A stretch of DNA of 26,668 nucleotides from positions 1 through 26,668 of the forward strand of contig JAISKY010000212.1 of assembly GCA_031260745.1 (NCBI GenBank), in the 5' to 3' direction. The notes below the pieces were generated by a model, which was not told the DNA's origin, did not search any database, and saw nothing but the letters and a program-made list of their open reading frames with translations. The stretch is from Oscillospiraceae bacterium. Its GTDB lineage: Bacteria > Bacillota > Clostridia > Oscillospirales > Oscillospiraceae. Below, in pieces: positions 19,251 to 26,668 of the stretch (within the stretch, counting starts at the first letter, position 1; each line of letters starts with the position of its first letter). A program made the position numbers and the translations under genes.

Positions 19251-22200
19251 TGAAAGAAAACACTAACCCGAAGTTTTCGGAGATGTTTGAGAATTGTTCC
19301 GTATCCGAGGAACTTAGCGCCGCGTTAGTCGTAGCGGTAAAGTGCGATAAGTCGAAGCAGACAATGGAGATAGAGCTTCGCTCGGAACGTCCGCTTGCCC
19401 CGATGATGCTTACGATGGCGGAAGCTCAAATTCGTGACGGCTTCGGGCTGAAGCGCGTCAGTATAAGCTCCGCCGCTCCCGCTCCGCAAAAGAAAACGCA
19501 GAAAAAACAAGCCGGCGAGGTACTAATCGGCTCCAAGCCGATTAAGGGCGTAAGCATAAAAATGAGCGAACTTAACGCCGACAGCGGCAGGGTTACGGTC
19601 GAGGGCGAAGTTTTTGATTTCGACGTTCGCGAATGGAAAAACGGCGGCGGAAAAACCACGTCGTTCAGCCTTACGGATTTCGCTTCGTCGGTTAGAGTTA
19701 AAGTAACCGGGGATTTGGACGTTCAACCCGGCGACTGGATTAGAGTTCAGGGTAATTACATACACGACAGATTTTACGGCGATTATCTGATTGACGGTCC
19801 GAACGGCGTGGAACGAATCGGAAAGACCACTCGCAACGACAATCACGAGGGCGGCAAGCGCGTAGAGCTTCACCTGCATACCAAAATGAGCGCTATGGAC
19901 GCGCTTACAGACGCGGAGCAAGTCGTCGCGACCGCCGCGAGGTGGGGTCATAAGGCGATTGCGATTACCGACCACGCGGTGGTTCACGCTTACCCGGAGT
20001 TCGGCTCCGCTGCTAAAAAGTACGGCATTAAACCGATATTCGGAGTTGAGGCTTATTACGTCAACGATATTGACGACAAACTTGTCGTTAGCGGAACCTC
20101 CGGCGACCGTCCGCTTAACGAGTACATCGCGTTTGACTTGGAAACGACCGGACTTAGCCTGACGAAAGACCGCATAACAGAAATCGGAGCGGTTCTTATG
20201 CGCGACGGCGTTGCGGCGGAGCGGTTCTCTATGATGGTTAACCCAGGTTTTCCGATTCCGCCGGAGATTACGAAACTTACCGGGATTCGCGATATTGACG
20301 TCGCGGTCGCTCCGGGCGAATTCGACGCGGTGCCGGAATTTTTGAAATTCGCGGGTAATCGTCTGCTTGTCGCGCATAACTCGGATTTCGATACAGGAAT
20401 ACTGACTAACGCGTGTAAACGACTGGGTTTAGCGTTTGAGTTTACCGCGGTTGATACGGTCGCGCTGGCTCAAAACCTGATGCCGGAGGAATCGAAGTAT
20501 AATCTCGCGGCTGTCGCGACCGCGTTACAACTTCCGGATTTCAATCACCACAGAGCGGTAGACGACGCGGAAACTTTGTCGCGTATTATGGAGGAATTCC
20601 GCAAACGCCTTGAGGTTTTGGGAATAACGTCCGTCGCCGGAATCGACGACTATTTCCGCGAACAGCGCGCGGTGTACGCGCTGGCTAAACGCTACCCCAA
20701 ACATATTATTCTGCTTGTGAAAGAGCAGCAAGGCTTAAAAAACCTATACAAGCTGGTTTCGGAAGCGAATCTTAATCCGTTTACTCGCGGACACCCCGTA
20801 ATAACTAAGTCAATGATAAACAGTCACCGCGAGGGTTTGCTTGTCGGCTCCGCGTGTGAGAACAGCGAAGTTTTCAGAGCGATAACCGGCGGAGTCGGCG
20901 ACCGCGAACTGCTTAGGCTCGCGGAGTTTTACGACTACTTTGAGATTATGCCGCTCGCGAATAATATGTTTATGCTGAACAGCAACCGAAGCAGAGTAAG
21001 CACTATGGAGGATTTACGCGACTTTAACCGGCGTATGGTTTGGCTCGGCGAAACTACCGGGAAACCCGTTTGCGCTACGGGCGACGTTCACTTTTTGGAG
21101 CCGGAACACGAGATATTCCGCGCGGTATTAACCGCTCAAAAGTTCGACGACGCCGACAAGGATTTGCCGCTGTACTTCAAAACGACCGCCGAAATGCTTA
21201 CGGAGTTTGCGTACCTCGGCGAAGAAACGGCGTATAAAACCGTCGTAACCAATCCGAACTTAATCGCGGATATGTGCGAGGAAATTCAACTTTTGCCGAA
21301 AGGTTTGTGTAAACCGAAACTGGAAAACTCCTGCGAGGATTTGGAGAATCTTGTTTACGGCAGAATGAAGGAGCTTTACGGCGAAAATCCGCCGGAGCTT
21401 ATCGCGAAACGCGTTGACGATGAGATGAAAGATATTCTCGATAAAGGTTACGACGTAATATACATCAGCGCGCAGAGGTTAGTCAGCAGTTCTAACAGGC
21501 GCGGCTATTTGGTCGGGTCGCGCGGAAGCGTAGGCTCGTCGTTCGCGGCGTATCTGGCGGGTATTACCGAGGTTAACTCCCTGCCGCCGCATTACCGCTG
21601 TCCGAATTGCCGCAACAGCGATTTTGAGTCCGGCAAAGGCTACGGAGTTGGCGCGGATATGCCCGACGCGGTTTGTCCGAATTGCGGAACTAAGTACGCT
21701 AAAGAGGGCTTCGACATTCCGTTTGAAACATTTTTGGGGTTCGGCGGCGATAAAGTACCTGATATAGACTTGAACTTCAGCGGCGAGGACCAAGCGAACG
21801 CTCACCGCGACGCGATAGAGATGTTCGGCAGCGCCAGCGTGTTCCGCGCCGGAACAATCGGCGGACTCGCGGATAAAACCGCGTACGGTTACGTAAAAAA
21901 ATACTGCGAGGCTCGCGGCGTAACTTGGCCTAAAGCCGAGGAAGAACGCCTTTGCAAAGCGTTGACGGGCGTTAAGAAAACTACCGGACAGCACCCCGGC
22001 GGGTTGGTTATCGTGCCGCAAAATATGGAGATTTACGACTTCTGTCCGATTCAGCACCCCGGCGACGATAAAGAGAAAAATGTCATTACCACGCATATAG
22101 AGTATCACGCGATGGAGGCGAATCTGCTGAAACTCGATATGCTCGGACACGACGACCCCTCGATGATTAAAATGCTGACGGATTTAACCGGAATCGACGC

Positions 22201-23170
22201 GAGAGAACTTCCGCTTGACGACCCGGAAATGATGGCGCTGTTCACTAACGGAGTAGGCGACGACGGCTTTTCAAGCGTCGGAATACCGGAGTTCGGTACG
22301 GGATTCACTCGCGGAATGCTGGAGGATACGAAACCTACGAAGTTCTCCACGCTGATTCGGCTGTCGGGATTTTCGCACGGTACTGACGTGTGGCTTGGAA
22401 ACGCTAAGGATTTACTAAAAGACGGTCATAATATTGAGGACATAATCGGTTGCCGCGACGATATTATGCTATATCTGATTTCAAAGGGTATGGAGGATAA
22501 ACTCGCGTTTAAGATAATGGAAGCGGTTCGCAAGGGAAAAGGCTTGACCGACGAATGGGAAAAGGCAATGCGCGGCGTCGGAGTTCAGGACTGGTACATT
22601 GACAGTTGTAATAAGATAAAATATCTGTTCCCGAAAGCTCACGCTTCGGCGTACGTTATTATGGCGGCTCGTATCGCGTGGTACAAGGTACATAAACCTT
22701 TGGAGTTTTACGCGGCGTATTTCTCGGTACGCGCGGCGGCGTTTGACCTTGAAGCAATGAGCGGCGGCGCCGAAGCGGTTAAACGCAAAATGAAAGCTTT
22801 GGAGCAATCGGCGTCCGACGCGAGAAAAAAACTTAACGGCGCGGACGAAAAACTATTTACCGCGCTTGAAGTATGTCTCGAGATGTGGCTTAGAGGGTAC
22901 TCTATGACTTCCGTCGATTTCTACAAATCGGACGCGGAGCGATTTCGTATCGAGGGCAACTCGTTAATCCCGCCTTTTATCACGGTCGGAGGGCTTGGAA
23001 TCGCGGCGGCGGCGGAACTTGTCGCGGCAAGGGAACAGGACAAAGACTGGACGATAGAGGAACTCGCAGCGGCGTGTCCTAAGCTGACAAGCACTCAAGT
23101 CGAGCTTCTGCGGCAATACGGCTCGTTCGGCGAAATGCAGGAAAGCGCCCAAATCAGCTTTTTCGACTGA
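19250..23170 (+). CDS. polC: DNA polymerase III PolC-type
   Basis: OB domain, PHP (ELHLHTKMSAMD, AITDH, HFL), exonuclease (AFDLETTGL, AHNSDFD, HRAVDDA), SRGSVGSS, Zn-finger CPNC..CPNC, PDIDLNF, YLFPKAHA. Start at ATG 19250 (TAATG coupling with ispG, GAGGGAG RBS). Confidence 0.99.
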   Translation: MKENTNPKFSEMFENCSVSEELSAALVVAVKCDKSKQTMEIELRSERPLAPMMLTMAEAQIRDGFGLKRVSISSAAPAPQKKTQKKQAGEVLIGSKPIKGVSIKMSELNADSGRVTVEGEVFDFDVREWKNGGGKTTSFSLTDFASSVRVKVTGDLDVQPGDWIRVQGNYIHDRFYGDYLIDGPNGVERIGKTTRNDNHEGGKRVELHLHTKMSAMDALTDAEQVVATAARWGHKAIAITDHAVVHAYPEFGSAAKKYGIKPIFGVEAYYVNDIDDKLVVSGTSGDRPLNEYIAFDLETTGLSLTKDRITEIGAVLMRDGVAAERFSMMVNPGFPIPPEITKLTGIRDIDVAVAPGEFDAVPEFLKFAGNRLLVAHNSDFDTGILTNACKRLGLAFEFTAVDTVALAQNLMPEESKYNLAAVATALQLPDFNHHRAVDDAETLSRIMEEFRKRLEVLGITSVAGIDDYFREQRAVYALAKRYPKHIILLVKEQQGLKNLYKLVSEANLNPFTRGHPVITKSMINSHREGLLVGSACENSEVFRAITGGVGDRELLRLAEFYDYFEIMPLANNMFMLNSNRSRVSTMEDLRDFNRRMVWLGETTGKPVCATGDVHFLEPEHEIFRAVLTAQKFDDADKDLPLYFKTTAEMLTEFAYLGEETAYKTVVTNPNLIADMCEEIQLLPKGLCKPKLENSCEDLENLVYGRMKELYGENPPELIAKRVDDEMKDILDKGYDVIYISAQRLVSSSNRRGYLVGSRGSVGSSFAAYLAGITEVNSLPPHYRCPNCRNSDFESGKGYGVGADMPDAVCPNCGTKYAKEGFDIPFETFLGFGGDKVPDIDLNFSGEDQANAHRDAIEMFGSASVFRAGTIGGLADKTAYGYVKKYCEARGVTWPKAEEERLCKALTGVKKTTGQHPGGLVIVPQNMEIYDFCPIQHPGDDKEKNVITTHIEYHAMEANLLKLDMLGHDDPSMIKMLTDLTGIDARELPLDDPEMMALFTNGVGDDGFSSVGIPEFGTGFTRGMLEDTKPTKFSTLIRLSGFSHGTDVWLGNAKDLLKDGHNIEDIIGCRDDIMLYLISKGMEDKLAFKIMEAVRKGKGLTDEWEKAMRGVGVQDWYIDSCNKIKYLFPKAHASAYVIMAARIAWYKVHKPLEFYAAYFSVRAAAFDLEAMSGGAEAVKRKMKALEQSASDARKKLNGADEKLFTALEVCLEMWLRGYSMTSVDFYKSDAERFRIEGNSLIPPFITVGGLGIAAAAELVAAREQDKDWTIEELAAACPKLTSTQVELLRQYGSFGEMQESAQISFFD

Positions 23171-23221
23171 CGCGCCTCCGTCGCTTTGATAGCCCGCGAA
23201 GCCGCGCCGCGATTAGACTTT

Positions 23222-23250
23222 TTGACATTTTGGCGATATAAAAATATCCT
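23222..23250 (+). promoter_or_regulatory. Possible upstream promoter for amtB
   Basis: TTGACA (23222-23227), 17 nt, TATCCT (23245-23250). Confidence 0.4.
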
Positions 23251-23301
23251 CCGAATATGGATAATTTCTTAACGGCGCGTTATAAAAATGAAAAAAATAT
23301 G

Positions 23302-23316
23302 AATTTTGTGCAATTT
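23302..23316. promoter_or_regulatory. Possible CodY box
   Basis: AATTTTGTGCAATTT matches AATTTTCWGAAAATT at 12/15 positions, just upstream of the amtB -35. AT-rich context makes chance matches likely. Confidence 0.3.
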
Positions 23317-23322
23317 GACCTA

Positions 23323-23351
23323 TTGACAATTGCAAAATTGTGTGATATACT
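23323..23351 (+). promoter_or_regulatory. sigma70-type promoter for amtB::P-II
   Basis: TTGACA (23323-23328), 17 nt, TGn-TATACT (23346-23351). Confidence 0.85.
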
Positions 23352-23362
23352 TTGTCGTACAA

Positions 23363-23414
23363 ACAACAAAGGCGTTGTGAGGCAACTCTCAACGCCTTTG
23401 TTTATTTTATTTTT
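23363..23414 (+). terminator. Leader terminator/attenuator with overlapping ANTAR-like hairpin
   Basis: AACAAAGGCGTTG (23365-23377) pairs with CAACGCCTTTGTT (23390-23402), inner GAG-GCAA-CTC, then TTATTTTATTTTT. Alternative hairpin ACAAC-AAAGGC-GTTGT (23363-23378). Confidence 0.8.
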
Positions 23415-23429
23415 AAGGAGAACAGCGTT

Positions 23430-25166
23430 ATGGAAAACATTGCAAACATTGTCACAGGTGTGAACATTATGTGGACGCTCGTAGCGGCGGCGTTAGTGTT
23501 CTTTATGCAGGCGGGATTCGCTCTGGTTGAGGGCGGACTGACCAGAACAAAGAACGCGGGCAACATTTTAATGAAGAACCTGATGGACTTTGCCTGCGGA
23601 GTACCCGTATTCTGGTTCATTGGCTTCGGGCTGATGTGGGGAGGCTCCGGAGCGGTTATCGGAGTTCTCGATTTATTCACCGGAGCGGTAGACAACGGCT
23701 ACGATTACACTACGTTAATCTTCCAAAGCGTATTCTGCGCTACGGCGGCGACTATTGTTTCCGGGTCAATGGCTGAACGTACTAAGTTCAAAAGCTATAT
23801 TATTTACTCGGTTATAATTTCAGCGATTATCTACCCGATTTCCGGACGTTGGATTTGGAATTCGGACGGCTGGCTTAACCAGTTAGGTTTCCACGATTTC
23901 GCGGGTTCGACCGCGGTACATATGGTCGGAGGAATTTCGGCGTTACTCGGCGCGATTGTACTCGGACCTCGTATCGGCAAATACGGAGCGGACGGCAAAC
24001 CCAAGGCGATTCCGGGACATAACCTTACCCTGGCGGGACTCGGAACATTCTTATTGTGGTTCTGCTGGTTCGGATTTAACGGCGGCTCAACTACGGCAAT
24101 GCTCGGCGAAACTAACGGCATAGTAGACTATGCGGCCGCGATGCTGTCAAGCCGCGTATTCGTAACGACAAACATCTCCGCGTGTTTAGGCGCGGTTTCG
24201 ACAATGCTATTTACCTGGTTTAAGTATAAAAAACCCGACGTGTCAATGACGCTTAACGGCGCGCTTGCCGGACTGGTCGCGATTACCGCGGGCTGCGACG
24301 TAGTAAACCAATGGGCGGCGGCGGTAATCGGCTTAATCGCGGGTATTGTCGTAGTGCTGTCGGTTGAATTCCTTGAGAAAAAAGCGAAAGTAGACGACCC
24401 GGTCGGCGCGGTTAGCGTACACGGAGCTTGCGGCGCGTTGGGAACGATTCTAACGGGCGTATTTGTCAGCAACGCCTCACTCGCGGATATGGGAATGAGC
24501 CGCGGTCAATTTTTCGGAATCCAGGTTTTAGGCGTTGTTTCCGTAGCGGCGTATGTCGCGATTGCGATGCTCATAGTTTTCAAATTAATCAAGGCTATCT
24601 TCGGACTTCGCGTTAGCGCTGAAGACGAAATACTCGGACTTGACCTTACGGAACACGGACTTACAAGTTCCTACGCGGGCTTCCTTACCGACCCCGAGGC
24701 GATTCAGCCCTCCGTTGTGGTTGAAAGCGACGACGTTGTTCCCGCCGCGAAGAAAGACAGCGGAGACATAGAAATCGTACACAGACCTCACCCAATGCCC
24801 GATACGGACTTCAAGTTTACGAAAGTTGACATTATTACGCGTCCAAACAAACTTGAGGATTTGAAAGTCGCGATGAACGCAATCGGAATAACGGGTATGA
24901 CCGTTACGAACGTAATGGGCTACGGTATGCAAAAGGGTAATCAGGCTCACTACCGCGGCATTGAGATTGACGTTACTTTCCTGCCGAAAGTCAAATTGGA
25001 AATCGTTGTGTGCAAGGTTCCGATTGAAGCGGTTATTGATACGGCGAAACGCGTACTCTACACCGGAAATATCGGCGACGGTAAAATCTTCGTCTACGAC
25101 GTAGAAAATATCGTTAAAGTCCGCACAGGCGAGGAAGGCTACGACGCATTGCAGGACGTTGAGTAG
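23430..25166 (+). CDS. amtB: Ammonium transporter AmtB fused to a C-terminal P-II (GlnK/GlnB) domain
   Basis: LVFFMQAGFA, FQSVFCATAATIVSGSMAER, DFAGSTAVH, WFGFNGGS, GLVAITAG, DDPVGAVSVHG; linker; then KVDIITRPNKLEDLK..GITGMTV..V.GYG.QKG...YRG...FLPKVKLEIVV...TGNIGDGKIFV..V..VKVRTGEEG. Start at ATG 23430 behind AAGGAG. Confidence 0.97.
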   Translation: MENIANIVTGVNIMWTLVAAALVFFMQAGFALVEGGLTRTKNAGNILMKNLMDFACGVPVFWFIGFGLMWGGSGAVIGVLDLFTGAVDNGYDYTTLIFQSVFCATAATIVSGSMAERTKFKSYIIYSVIISAIIYPISGRWIWNSDGWLNQLGFHDFAGSTAVHMVGGISALLGAIVLGPRIGKYGADGKPKAIPGHNLTLAGLGTFLLWFCWFGFNGGSTTAMLGETNGIVDYAAAMLSSRVFVTTNISACLGAVSTMLFTWFKYKKPDVSMTLNGALAGLVAITAGCDVVNQWAAAVIGLIAGIVVVLSVEFLEKKAKVDDPVGAVSVHGACGALGTILTGVFVSNASLADMGMSRGQFFGIQVLGVVSVAAYVAIAMLIVFKLIKAIFGLRVSAEDEILGLDLTEHGLTSSYAGFLTDPEAIQPSVVVESDDVVPAAKKDSGDIEIVHRPHPMPDTDFKFTKVDIITRPNKLEDLKVAMNAIGITGMTVTNVMGYGMQKGNQAHYRGIEIDVTFLPKVKLEIVVCKVPIEAVIDTAKRVLYTGNIGDGKIFVYDVENIVKVRTGEEGYDALQDVE

Positions 25167-25190
25167 TTTACGGGTAATACCAAACCATAG

Positions 25191-25222
25191 AGGCAGATTA
25201 CCAATTATTTGGTAGTCTGCCT
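25191..25222 (+). terminator. Hairpin after amtB::P-II
   Basis: AGGCAGATTACCAA / TTAT / TTGGTAGTCTGCCT, 14-bp stem with one G-U pair, followed by TTAT. Confidence 0.7.
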
Positions 25223-25276
25223 TTATCCGTAGAAATAGCTCAAAAGTATTTATCCATTATTCATTGCTAAAAACTC

Positions 25277-25305
25277 TTGCAAAATGTAAATGATTGTGAT
25301 ATAAT
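25277..25305 (+). promoter_or_regulatory. sigma70-type promoter for dnaA
   Basis: TTGCAA (25277-25282), 17 nt, TGn-TATAAT (25300-25305); GGAGG RBS at ~25333-25337. Confidence 0.75.
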
Positions 25306-25345
25306 AAAATGAATATAATATTCGATAAAAACGGAGGAAATAACA

Positions 25346-26665
25346 GTGCAGTCAGTAGACGACATTTGGAGCGCGGTATTGTCACTTTTGCGCGTTGAAT
25401 TGAGTCAAACCGCGGTGGATTTGTGGTTTGGCGATTGTAAAAACATAACTCTCCAAAATGATGATTTGATTATCTATACTGACTCGGAATTTAAGCGCGA
25501 CATCATTGTGGAACGCTACATAGACAAGCTATCCGCCGCGCTGAAAAACGTATTCGGAGAGGATATTACTCCGCACATTTTATGCGGTGACGAGAAATGG
25601 GAATCTTCCTCGGTAAGCGTTAAAAGCTCCCCGCAATTCAACAAAGAGAAGTACAGCTTTGATAATTTTATAGTCGGTCCTTCAAACCGGCTGGCTTATG
25701 CCGCGGCGGCGGCAGTCGCGGCGGACCGTACCGGAGTATACAATCCGCTGTTTATTTACGGTAATCCCGGTTTGGGTAAAACCCATCTGCTGTACGCAAT
25801 CGCGAATAAGTTCAAGAAAACTCAACCGGAATTTCAAATTATCTACGTAAAAGCCGAAAGCTTTATGAACGAACTTGTAGACGCTATCGTCAACAAAAGG
25901 ATGAATGAATTTCGCAGCAAATATCGTAACGTAGACTTATTATTAGTTGACGATATACAATTTATCGCCGGAAAAGAACAAACTCAGGACGAGTTTTTCC
26001 ATACGTTTAATTCCCTGTTTGAGGGCGAGAAACAAATGGTTCTTACGTCTGACCGACCGCCGAAAGATATGCTCAGATTAGAGGACCGTCTGAAGTCGCG
26101 CTTTGAGTGCGGACTTTTGACCGACATTCAACCGCCGGATTTGGAAACGCGAATCGCGATTGTACGAAGCAAGGCTTCGGAGATTGGAATAAACGTCCCT
26201 CCGAATATTGTGGAGTATATCGCTCAAAATATTACCTCAAACGTCAGGCTTATTGAGGGCGTACTTAAAAAAATCTCCGCTTACCACGAACTTATAAACT
26301 CCAACGACGAACTTGACCAGCAAGCTATCGAAGATATTACCCGCGATATTATTTTGAAAGCGAAAAAATATACTCCCGAACAGATAATTGAGCGCGTAGG
26401 ACTGCATTACTCAATTCAGCCGGAGCAAATCGTCGGCCCTAACCGCGAGAGAAACGTACTTAGCGCGCGTCAGGTTTCGATGTACTTAATCCGGCAGCTT
26501 ACAGACCTTACGCTATTCGATAATGGCAAACTTTTCGGCAGAGACCATTCTACGGTAATACACGCAATTAAAAAGATTGAGGACAAGATTGAAATTGACC
26601 CTCAACTGGCGGATACGATACGCGATATTACTACCGACATCAAGGAATTAAACAACGATAATTAG
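25346..26665 (+). CDS. dnaA: Chromosomal replication initiator DnaA (or a DnaA paralogue)
   Basis: YSFDNFIVGPSN, YNPLFIYGNPGLGKTHLL, DLLLVDDIQFI, TSDRPP, RLKSRFECGL, SNVRLIEG, domain IV RQVSMYL...RDHSTVIHA; GTG start. Confidence 0.95.
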   Translation: MQSVDDIWSAVLSLLRVELSQTAVDLWFGDCKNITLQNDDLIIYTDSEFKRDIIVERYIDKLSAALKNVFGEDITPHILCGDEKWESSSVSVKSSPQFNKEKYSFDNFIVGPSNRLAYAAAAAVAADRTGVYNPLFIYGNPGLGKTHLLYAIANKFKKTQPEFQIIYVKAESFMNELVDAIVNKRMNEFRSKYRNVDLLLVDDIQFIAGKEQTQDEFFHTFNSLFEGEKQMVLTSDRPPKDMLRLEDRLKSRFECGLLTDIQPPDLETRIAIVRSKASEIGINVPPNIVEYIAQNITSNVRLIEGVLKKISAYHELINSNDELDQQAIEDITRDIILKAKKYTPEQIIERVGLHYSIQPEQIVGPNRERNVLSARQVSMYLIRQLTDLTLFDNGKLFGRDHSTVIHAIKKIEDKIEIDPQLADTIRDITTDIKELNNDN

Positions 26666-26668
26666 ATA

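Noticed and set aside
23352-23429. Upstream start of AmtB given in the ORF track
   Set aside because: Runs through the promoter and terminator; AAGGAG supports ATG 23430.
23257-23463. 68-aa ORF as a leader peptide for amtB attenuation
   Set aside because: No RBS, it spans the main promoter, and has no Gln/Asn control-codon run.
25167-25345. oriC upstream of dnaA
   Set aside because: No perfect DnaA box or clear unwinding element; cannot be supported from this window.

Overview
A mostly housekeeping segment from a Clostridia-type Firmicute (polC present; taxon inferred from gene content only). Order: rpsI 3' end, orphan membrane ORF, SIMPL protein, then a long + strand run guaB-tagA-tmk-5-formyl-THF cyclo-ligase-mltG-alaS (frame-broken)-rsfS-leuS-SLT transglycosylase. 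Next come a stand-alone glycyl-radical activating enzyme (-), mnmE, an AT-rich helical-repeat ORF (-), mtaD-like deaminase, wecB/mnaA (-), ispG-polC, an amtB::P-II fusion and dnaA. I saw no tRNA, rRNA, CRISPR array or transposase. The most unusual signals are non-coding or sequence-level. (1) Two intergenic hairpin elements are built from tandem 7-nt or ~9-10-nt units in inverted orientation, each just upstream of an RBS. (2) A 34-bp interlocked bidirectional sigma70-type promoter would give a leaderless ispG-polC mRNA and put the heptamer hairpin in the wecB leader. (3) The amtB leader has an attenuator with a single ANTAR-like hairpin. (4) By eye, GATC is absent and CATG nearly absent across 26.7 kb. 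(5) alaS has a frame break and LeuRS is N-terminally truncated. (6) dnaA has an altered DNA-binding helix, no canonical boxes upstream and a non-canonical neighbourhood. All product calls come from recognising motifs by eye; no database search was run.
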